Shown in pieces: positions 8,909-17,600 of a DNA stretch of 64,000 bases. Position 1 is the stretch's first letter. Each line of letters opens with the position of its first letter. This DNA comes from Cenarchaeum sp. (GTDB lineage: Archaea > Thermoproteota > Nitrososphaeria > Nitrososphaerales > Nitrosopumilaceae), in assembly GCA_965242695.1 (NCBI GenBank), contig CBDESU010000001.1, positions 352,001 to 416,000 on the forward strand, written 5' to 3'. The notes below the pieces were generated by a model. The model was not told where the DNA came from, did not search any database, and worked only from the letters and a program-made list of their open reading frames with translations. Position numbers and translations under genes: made by a program.

Positions 8909-11794
8909 ATGAGGTCAGTGTACTTTTTCGACGAGGGCGACGGCAACGACAGGCGACTCTTGGGCGGCAAGGGCGCCGGACTGTGCGAGATGACCTCGCT
9001 GGGCCTGCCCGTCCCGCCGGGCTTTGTCATAACGACCGACGTGTGCAGGGCGTACTATGCGGGCGGGCGGCGCCTGCCGTCCGGCGCCCTGGACCAGGTG
9101 CGCCGCGCCATAACCAGGCTGGAGCGCGAGACCGGCAAGGGTTGGAACTCGCCCGACAACCCCCTTTTGGTCTCGGTAAGGTCGGGCGCAGCGGTCTCGA
9201 TGCCGGGAATGATGGACACCATACTCAACCTGGGCCTCAACGACCGGACGGTCGAGGGCCTTGCGAGGGCGAGCTCGGACGATCGCTTCGCGTGGGACTC
9301 TTACCGCAGGTTTGTCCAGCTGTTCGGCAAGGTCGTCTTTGGGGTCGACGATTCAAAGTTCGAGGCCGTGCTCGACGCGGCAAAGAGGCGCACCGGCGCC
9401 AAGGGCGACGGCGACCTGGACGCCAAGACGCTCCGCGGCATCGTCTCAAAGTTCAAGGACATCTGCAAGAGGCACACGGGGAGGGCGTTCCCTGCCAGCC
9501 CGGATGCGCAGCTGAGGATGGCCGTGCAGGCCGTGTTTGGCAGCTGGATGGGCGAGCGCGCCGTCGTGTACAGGGCAAACGAGGGGATCACGCCGGACAT
9601 TGCGGACGGGACGGCCGTCAACGTCGTCGCCATGGTGTTTGGCAACATGGGGGGCACGAGCGCGACCGGCGTCGTATTCACGCGCGACCCCGGCGACGGC
9701 GCAAGGCGGCTGTTCGGCGAGTACCTGGTCAACGCGCAGGGCGAGGATGTCGTGGCCGGCACGCGCACGCCAAAGCAGATCGACCTCTTGCGCGCCGAGA
9801 TGCCGCGCACCGACGCCGAGCTGAGGCGCGTGTGCGCCAGGCTCGAAAAGCACTACCGCGAGCCGCAGGACATCGAGTTTACCGTAGAGCGCGGGCGGTT
9901 CTACCTGCTGCAGACGCGGGCTGCAAAGACGAACGCGGTCGCGATGGTAAAGTTCTCGGCAGACATGGTCCGCGAGGGGCTGATCACACGGGAGCAGGGC
10001 CTGCGCCGCCTAAAGCTCGACAAGCTAGAGCAGCTCCTGCATCCCACGCTGGACCCAAAGGCGGCGTCTGGGGCCGAGCCGGCCGTGAAGGGGATCGCCG
10101 CATCGCCGGGGGCCGCCTCTGGAATCGCCGTGTTCGACACGGGCAGGGCCGCAAAGGCGGGCGGCGAGGGCAAGCCGGTCATACTCGTGCGGGACGAGAC
10201 AAAGCCCGAGGATGTGCCGGCGTTCTACAAGTCGGTCGGCATACTGACGAGCAGGGGCGGCAAGTCCTCGCACGCGGCCGTCGTGGCCCGCGGCATGGGC
10301 AAGCCGTGCATCGTGGGCACGTCAGGCATGCGCATAGACTATGCAAAGGCGCAATGCTCGATGCCCGGCGGCGCCGTCATACGCGAGGGCGAGACGATAA
10401 CGATCGACGGCAGCGACGGGTCGGTGTACAGGGGGGCCCTGCCGACGGTCAAGCCGAGGATCATACCAGAGTTCAAGACCGTACTTGGGTGGGCACACGC
10501 GGCCAAGCGGCTCGGCGTGCGGGCCAACGCCGACACGCCGGCCGCGGCACGGCAGGCGCGCGAGTACGGCGCGCGCGGCATCGGGCTGTGCAGGACCGAG
10601 CGCATGTTCAACGAAGAGGGGCGCATCGGACCGTTCCAGGACATGATCATGGCATCGTCGGACGCCGAGAGGCGCCGGCACCTCAAGAGGCTTGCCGCCA
10701 TGCAGCGCCGCGACTTTGAAAAGATACTAGAGGCCATGAAAGGACACCCGGTCACCATACGCTTGTTCGACCCCCCATTGCATGAGTTTCTGCCAAAGCC
10801 GGAGGAGCTAGAGGCCGAGTTGCGCGATATGAGCGAACGGCGTGCAGCTGGGGCGAAGGGGTGCGCCGTGCGGGCCCGCCTGGACAGGGCGCGCGAGCTG
10901 TCCGAGGAGAACCCGATGATGGGCCACCGCGGCGTGCGCGTCGGCGTCACGTATCCTGAAATATACGAGATGCAGATCGGGGCTGTCTTTGACGCGGCCG
11001 CCGCCCTGAGGCGGCGCGGCATTGATGCACGCCCGCAGATAATGGTTCCGCAGGTCGGCAGCGCGTCGGAACTGGCCTACGTCAAGCGCATATTCGACTC
11101 GGTCGCGGCACGAAAGAGGTCGGGCGGGGCGAGGGTGCGCGTCGCGTTCGGCACGATGATCGAGGTGGTAAGGGCCGCCCTGACTGCGGGCGAACTCGTC
11201 GCCGCCGACGCGTCCTTTTTCAGCTTTGGCACGAACGACCTTACGCAGGCTACGTACAGCTTTAGCCGCGAAGATGCAGAGGGCAAGTTCCTGCCGCAGT
11301 ACCTAGACGAGGGCTTGCTGGATGGAAACCCGTTCGAGTCGCTAGACAGGTATGGAGTGGGCCAGCTCATCAAGATTGCCGTCGAGGATGGGCGCCGTGC
11401 CGATGCGGGACTGGAGATCGGCATATGCGGCGAGCACGGCGGCGATCCGGCGTCGATAAAGTTCTGCCACGGCGCCGGGGTGAGCTATGTGAGCGCGTCT
11501 GCGCTCAGGGTGCCGATCGCAATAGTGGCAGCGGCGCAGGCGGCGCTGGAGGATGGCGGACGCGGTAGCGGCGCGCCGGCCAAGGCCAAGAGGGGAGCCG
11601 CCGCCCCCGCCAAGAGACAGGCGACCCCTGCCAAGGCCAAGAGGCGTGCAGCTGCCCCTGCCAAGAGAAAGGCCGCCCCTGCCAAGGCCAAGAGGCGTGC
11701 AGCTGCCCCTGCCAAGAGAAAGGCCGCCCCTGCCAAGGCCAAGAGGAGGGCCGCGCCGACCGCTTCTGCCCGCCGCCGCCGCCGTTCGCGCTAG
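8909..11794 (+). CDS. ppdK: Pyruvate phosphate dikinase with basic repetitive C-terminal tail
   Basis: LLGGKGAGL, PVPPGF, LLVSVRSGA..SMPGMMDT, GGKSSHAAVVARG, GIGLCRTE, FSFGTNDLTQ, GICGEHGG. TTTAAAA at 8874-8880. Confidence 0.97.
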   Translation: MRSVYFFDEGDGNDRRLLGGKGAGLCEMTSLGLPVPPGFVITTDVCRAYYAGGRRLPSGALDQVRRAITRLERETGKGWNSPDNPLLVSVRSGAAVSMPGMMDTILNLGLNDRTVEGLARASSDDRFAWDSYRRFVQLFGKVVFGVDDSKFEAVLDAAKRRTGAKGDGDLDAKTLRGIVSKFKDICKRHTGRAFPASPDAQLRMAVQAVFGSWMGERAVVYRANEGITPDIADGTAVNVVAMVFGNMGGTSATGVVFTRDPGDGARRLFGEYLVNAQGEDVVAGTRTPKQIDLLRAEMPRTDAELRRVCARLEKHYREPQDIEFTVERGRFYLLQTRAAKTNAVAMVKFSADMVREGLITREQGLRRLKLDKLEQLLHPTLDPKAASGAEPAVKGIAASPGAASGIAVFDTGRAAKAGGEGKPVILVRDETKPEDVPAFYKSVGILTSRGGKSSHAAVVARGMGKPCIVGTSGMRIDYAKAQCSMPGGAVIREGETITIDGSDGSVYRGALPTVKPRIIPEFKTVLGWAHAAKRLGVRANADTPAAARQAREYGARGIGLCRTERMFNEEGRIGPFQDMIMASSDAERRRHLKRLAAMQRRDFEKILEAMKGHPVTIRLFDPPLHEFLPKPEELEAELRDMSERRAAGAKGCAVRARLDRARELSEENPMMGHRGVRVGVTYPEIYEMQIGAVFDAAAALRRRGIDARPQIMVPQVGSASELAYVKRIFDSVAARKRSGGARVRVAFGTMIEVVRAALTAGELVAADASFFSFGTNDLTQATYSFSREDAEGKFLPQYLDEGLLDGNPFESLDRYGVGQLIKIAVEDGRRADAGLEIGICGEHGGDPASIKFCHGAGVSYVSASALRVPIAIVAAAQAALEDGGRGSGAPAKAKRGAAAPAKRQATPAKAKRRAAAPAKRKAAPAKAKRRAAAPAKRKAAPAKAKRRAAPTASARRRRRSR
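11576..11760 (+). repeat. 51-bp coding tandem repeat (PAKAKRRAAAPAKRKAA, about 3.5 copies)
   Basis: Repeated gccaaggccaagagg...gccaagaga units at 51-bp spacing. Confidence 0.9.
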
Positions 11795-11863
11795 CCGCGC
11801 CGCCCCGCAAGTTCGATGCATGCCCCCACTAGTCTTATTTGCCGCCGCTGTCCCCGCCGCGCC

Positions 11864-12349
11864 ATGGCGTTGAACCGGCAGGTCCTCGACTTGGGGTACG
11901 TCCTGCGCCACTTCCCAGACCTAGAGTTCGGGGTGGGGGACACTGGGCACCGCCTGCGCGTGCAAAGGTTTGTTTACCTGCTGCAATCGTTCGACATCTA
12001 CCTCGGCTACGACTACACGTGGTACATGCACGGGCCGTACTGCACGACGCTCGCCGCCATGGCCAGGGCGCTCAGCGGCATATACGACAAGATTCCGTAC
12101 GACCAGGGCATGGCCTTTGTCGACCCCGGCGTGCAGAGGCGCTTTGAGAGGTTCAAGAGGTTCATCGGCGGGCGCGAGAACGACGGCGCCTTTCTCGAGA
12201 TTGCCGCGTCCCTGCACGTGCTCCACAGGACGAGCGGCCTGTCGTGCCCCGACATAATCAAGAGGGTCGCCGCCGAGAGCAAGCGGTTTAAGGAGACCGA
12301 GTGCGGCCGCGTATGGGTGGAGATGGAAGAATGGGGGCTGATGAAGTAG
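11864..12349 (+). CDS. YwgA/SocA(Panacea)-like protein
   Basis: RLRVQRFVYLLQ...GYDYTWYMHGPYCTTL and FLEIAASLH resemble the LQKxxYLLQ...YGPYS motif of this fold. Confidence 0.55.
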   Translation: MALNRQVLDLGYVLRHFPDLEFGVGDTGHRLRVQRFVYLLQSFDIYLGYDYTWYMHGPYCTTLAAMARALSGIYDKIPYDQGMAFVDPGVQRRFERFKRFIGGRENDGAFLEIAASLHVLHRTSGLSCPDIIKRVAAESKRFKETECGRVWVEMEEWGLMK

Positions 12350-12621
12350 GCCCGGCGCCGGAGGACGGGGGTGCGGATGCGGGATCCGTCGACCGGATCA
12401 CCTTCGTCGACCTAGACAGCCCGCACCCCGACATGGAGCGCAGGATGCGCGAGACGGGGTTCTGCCACCTCCTCATGGATGCGAAGGAGAGCGGCGGGGA
12501 GATTTCCCTGATCGGGAGGGACATCTTCAGGAAGGAAGAGCTGCGCCCGTTTGTCGACGAGTTACACATGACCGACGGGGCCATTCCCGTGGAACTGGTG
12601 CGGGAAGAGCTGGATGGCTAG
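12331..12621 (+). CDS. Small acidic hypothetical protein
   Basis: Overlaps the upstream stop codon and has genome-typical codon usage. Confidence 0.45.
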   Translation: MGADEVGPAPEDGGADAGSVDRITFVDLDSPHPDMERRMRETGFCHLLMDAKESGGEISLIGRDIFRKEELRPFVDELHMTDGAIPVELVREELDG

Positions 12622-12824
12622 CGCCGCCTCCGCCCACCCCCCGCCGGACGGGGCATGCCGGCACCACCCCGCGCAGTCCGAACCTGGGCCGCCGCCGGCC
12701 CGTCTAGGGCAATGACTTCGCCGGCAAGGGGCGGGAGCGACAGGGGCCCAAGCCGCACGTTAATAGAGTGCTGCACGCATCGCGTGGCATGGGATGGCGT
12801 TCGAGCCGGGGGCGGGAGCACGGA

Positions 12825-14420
12825 ATGCGGCGCAGGGCGCAGCTCTCTTCCCTCGCCTTGGCCGCGGTGCTGGCGCTGGCCGCCGCAGCCGCGGCGCAGC
12901 AGGCCCATGCTGATGCGCACGACTCGGCGGCGCGCCCTGGCGGCGCGCCCGGTCTGCCCGTCCTGGAAATAGGGGCGCTCGTGACGCTCGGCGACGGGCC
13001 GTTCAACGACGTCATGCGGCTCGAGGCGATCCGACTTGCCGTCGACGACTACAACAGCAACGCCACGAAATCGTTCTCGATCAGCCTGTCCGTCCACGAG
13101 TTTGACCGCTCGGCGCCGGTCGAGTCGTACCGTGATGCGTTCAACGGCGGCGCGGGCCCCCTGCTGTTCATCGGGCCCACCACGAGCGCGCCGGTCGCGG
13201 CCATTGCGGGTCCCGCGACGGCCGACGGCGCAGTAGTCGTCAGCCCAGCCTCGTCGGCCATGTCGCTTGCGGTCGCCGGCGACGCCGTGTTCCGGCTCTC
13301 TCCGGACGGATACCTGCAGGCGAGCGCCATCGCGGCCATGGTCGACGATGCCGGCGCCGGCGCCGCGTTTCTGGCCGCGCAGGACGACACGTACGGCCGC
13401 GACCTTGCCGCATCGCTCGGCGGGGTCCTGCCGCTGCGCGGCATATCCGTCGAGGGCGAGGTATTCTTCGAGAGGGGGGAGGAGGAATGGGGCGGCCCCG
13501 CCGCCGAACTCGACGAGGCCGTGTCCTCGGCAGAGGAAGAGCCGGCGGTCGTGTTCATCGGCGTCGACGAGGACTTTGCGGGGCTGGCAGCCGAGGCGCG
13601 CGCCGGCGCCTATCCGGCGCTTGCCGCCGCGCGCTGGTTCGACTCGGGCGCCGTAGAGAACAGCCCCCTTGTCGCGGCCGATCCGGACGCCGCGGCGTTT
13701 GCCGAGTCGGTCGGGTTTGCGACCCCCGTCCCATCTCCGCCGCCGACCGGCCTGAGCGGGAGGATCGACCGCATGGTCGGCGCGGCCACGGGCGGCTCGC
13801 CCCACATGTTCGAGTACGGGGCGTACGATGCCGTGTTCCTGCTGGCGGCCGCGGCAGAGTCTGCCGGGTTTCCGGACATGCCCGTCGACGGGCCGGCCGT
13901 CCGCGAGGCACTGCCTGCCGTGGCGGGGCAGTACGTCGGCGCGCTAGGCGACGTGCGGCTCGACGATGCGGGCGATCTGGTCCGGCCGGACGACCATGCG
14001 GTATGGTCGCTGCGCGGGGGCGAGTGGGTGCGCACGGGGACGGTGCATGCGGCGCGCGAGGCCGATGCGAACAGGGCGCTTGCCGCAGAGGCTGCCGCCG
14101 CGGCGGCAGCGGCGGCCGGGGGCGTTCCGGCTGCACCCGCCGCCGGGGGCGGAGGCTGCCTCGTGGCCGCTGCAGCGTACGGTACCGAGCTTGCCCCGCA
14201 GGTGCAGCACCTGCGAGAGATGCGCGATCGCACCATCGAGCGGTCCGCGGCCGAATCGTACGCGGTGCATATGCTCTCGGCCGCCTACTATTCCCTCTCG
14301 CCGGCCGCCGCCGATGCGCTGCGGGGCCACCCTGTACTGTCTGCCGCCGCCGATGCGCTGCTGATCGAGCCCATTGTGACGGCCCTGTCCATGGGTGGCC
14401 GTGCCGATCCGCCCCTGTAG
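12825..14420 (+). CDS. Branched-chain amino-acid-type ABC substrate-binding protein with CFI-box-CTERM domain
   Basis: Signal peptide, FIGPTTS, VVSPASSAMSLA...VFRLSPD, DDTYGRDL, YDAVFLLA, and GGGCLVAAAAYGTELAPQVQHLRE. Confidence 0.8.
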   Translation: MRRRAQLSSLALAAVLALAAAAAAQQAHADAHDSAARPGGAPGLPVLEIGALVTLGDGPFNDVMRLEAIRLAVDDYNSNATKSFSISLSVHEFDRSAPVESYRDAFNGGAGPLLFIGPTTSAPVAAIAGPATADGAVVVSPASSAMSLAVAGDAVFRLSPDGYLQASAIAAMVDDAGAGAAFLAAQDDTYGRDLAASLGGVLPLRGISVEGEVFFERGEEEWGGPAAELDEAVSSAEEEPAVVFIGVDEDFAGLAAEARAGAYPALAAARWFDSGAVENSPLVAADPDAAAFAESVGFATPVPSPPPTGLSGRIDRMVGAATGGSPHMFEYGAYDAVFLLAAAAESAGFPDMPVDGPAVREALPAVAGQYVGALGDVRLDDAGDLVRPDDHAVWSLRGGEWVRTGTVHAAREADANRALAAEAAAAAAAAAGGVPAAPAAGGGGCLVAAAAYGTELAPQVQHLREMRDRTIERSAAESYAVHMLSAAYYSLSPAAADALRGHPVLSAAADALLIEPIVTALSMGGRADPPL

Positions 14421-14646
14421 GCGCCGGCCGTAATGTACGGCCAGGCGGCGGCCGTGCGTGCTGCACGCGCGGCGCCTGCGCCCATGCCGCCCCCGTACTA
14501 GCGTGCGCCATGCGGGGGCTGGCCATGGCCGGCTGCGGTTTGGCGCCTGGCAGGGCGCCCGCAGCCGCTGTGACGGCCCAACGATGCTCTTATATGCACC
14601 CCCTTGACCACGCCGCCCGTTGCAGTTTCCTAGGGGAGGGCCTAGA

Positions 14647-17600
14647 ATGCCGCGCCGCGATCGCCCGATCGTGAGGGCAGGGCCCATTGCAGCAGGGCTG
14701 CTGGCCGTGGCACTGGTCGCGGCTGCGGCCGCATGGGCGCCGGGCGATGCGTACGCGCAGGAGTGCCGCGCGGACCAGGGAGACGACTGCGTGTACCACG
14801 TCACGCGCACGATAGACGTCGGCGACATCATCCCCATCATAGTCAAGGTGGACGGCGAGGGCAACGTCTATGTCGCCAACAGGCCCCATCTGGGCACGGA
14901 AGACCAGAACCATTCCCACCTGCGCATATACGACGGGAGTACGGGCGACAAGCTCGGGGATGATGTTGTCCTCGGTGGGGGGATGAACTCGCGCATATTG
15001 GACATTGAGGTAGCAGGTAGCACGATATACGTCGCGCACATGTGGGGCATCGGGGACAGCTCCTTGGGCTGGGACAACAAGACTTGGAACGGGGACGGGC
15101 TGATGAACCTGACGGCGATCGCGGCTGGCACGGGCGAGATGCTCGGCACGATCGCCCTGATGCACGGGGACGGCGCAGGGCAGGACGTCACAAGGGGCAC
15201 CATATCGGACTTGGCCGTCGACCCGGACAGGAAGAGGGCGTACATCTCGACCGGGAGCATGGGTCCCGTGCTTGCAGTCGACATATCTGACCCCGCTGCG
15301 ATGAGACTAATGTACACGACAGCCGGAGGTGCCAGTGCCGGCGAATGGAGCCCCTACGATGTAGCCGCCCCCGTATCGGCGCTTGCCGTCGACAACGGCA
15401 CGGGCCTGGTGTACGCTGCAGCCCGCGTAGGCGACAGGGACGACAGTATGGGACACTCGTGGGGGATCGCGACCCTGAACTTTACGGATGCCGGCGGTGC
15501 CTTTACGCCAAACTACACACGTGCAGACTTCCTGAACATGTCGTCAAACCCAGCACCGGACCCGATGGGTGAATGCAGGAGCGACTACAACCGGAACCCG
15601 TGCAGGGGAGATGTCTTGGTCGACTCGCTGCAGCTATACGGGGACGGCGACAAACTGTTCGCCCTGTACCGAAACCACACGGTGTGGGCATTCGAACTTG
15701 ACGACATGACGAACTATCCAGATACAGCTCCGACCGAGGTGAATGTGACGCTAGATGATCCGCAGGCGGGCAGCTACGAGGACGGCTACATGCTGGGCAG
15801 CTATGCCCACAAGCAGATCAGCGACATACTGCTGGACGGCCAGCGTGGACTTCTCTACGCATCGCTGTACGACTTTGCAAACCCGCGCGTCGTCGTGATC
15901 AACGCCGACACGCACGTCAGGGTCGGCGATGCCTCGGCGAGCAGCCAGATCGACAACATGGGGCTGGATGCGCGGAATGGGGCCGTGTACGCCCTGCCGC
16001 AGTGGACGCCGAACGCGTACGTGATAGAGGCGACCAATAAACACCTACTGCAAAAGATGATCGACAACGCCTCGGATGGCGATGTGCTGAAAATACCGGC
16101 TGACACGTACGACGATGCGATCCTTAGCGTGAACAAGTCCCTGACGCTCACGGCGAACGTGTCGGGCACCGTGATCTTTAACGGAAGCTCGCGCATCGAG
16201 ATCGAGTCTCACGATGTCGCCATAAGCGGCCTGATCTTCCGGGACACGAAATGCCTGCCCGGCCTGGCAGCCTCGCTCATCGAGATCCGGACGCACGGCA
16301 ACGACTTTACGCGTACCAACGTCATCGTGAAGGACAGCATGTTCAGCAACACATGCCACGCGGCCATCCAGCAGGAGGGAGTCGGCCGCCTAACCGGCGT
16401 CATGATACAGAACAACACGTTCGTAAACATAGGCCTAAACATGCGAGACGGCAAGACTGAGCCGATCGACACGGGCGGCGAGAACGAGTTCCAACTCATG
16501 CACGGGGCGATCGGACTGGCGCACCACCCGTCCCAGATGCCAGTAAGCGGCACCATTGCAGGCAACACCATAGAAAACACTAGCGCGGCCGGCATACGCG
16601 TGTTCAACGCAGACGGCATGACCATAATGAACAACAACATCACGGGCACCCCCGCAAGCGGCATCGGGCTGGCGCACGGGCCGAGCAACACGGTCGTCAA
16701 GTACAACATACTCAATAACACAAACAACAAGCCGGACCTAGACTATCTGGACGGCATCACGGGCAGCGGCGAGCCTGGCTACTACAAGTACATCGACTTT
16801 ACGTACCCCAACCCGTACGCCTACCTGGGCATGCAGAAGCTCGTGGATCGCGAGCCCTATCCCATGCCGGCGCCCGATGCGGCCATCAATGTATGGGCCA
16901 ACGCGAAGAACGTCACCGTCGCCAACAACACAATACGGGACAGCGACGGTGCATTCACGGTCTGTACGGGCGTGTGCGCGTTCGAGAGCGACGGGCCGGT
17001 TCGAAACAACGAGCGCAACGTGCCGGCCAACGGCATGCCGATCACAAACGAGGTACACTTCATCAACAACACGATCTACCCATACAACAGCTCGGACAAC
17101 AACGGCTTACTCGTGGTCAGCCATGCGCTCGGTCATCTTGATGCCAGAAACAACACCTTCCTTGACGCCCGGAACAACACCTTCCATGACAGTGAAAATG
17201 ACACCCAAGTGGTGTCAGGGCGGGTAAAGACCGACCACCATGATGACCCGCTCAATGCGACGTTCACTGCAGCGGCATTCGTCTCGCCCAACAGGATTCT
17301 CATAATATATGACGCCCCGCTGGGCCCGATGAAGGGCCACGAGGATGATGCCGTGTACGGCCGCATTATGGGGTCCGGCCTAGACGAGATGCCAATGCAG
17401 GTGTCGGGCCTCGGCACTGCAATGCACACGATCGAGTTTGGCGGGGACGGCGTGGGCGAGCGGCAGAACGGCACGATCGAGCTCAACGTCGATATCGAGA
17501 GCATCGACTCGGATGGCAACCACCATCTCTTTTCCAACGACTCGATTCCACTGAGGGCCTACGGACCGAACGTGGATCTGGTCTCTGCCATGTTCATGTC

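Noticed and set aside
8983-10719. Long Arg-rich alternative-frame and antisense ORFs here and throughout the window
   Set aside because: Expected by-products of high-GC codon bias over real genes.
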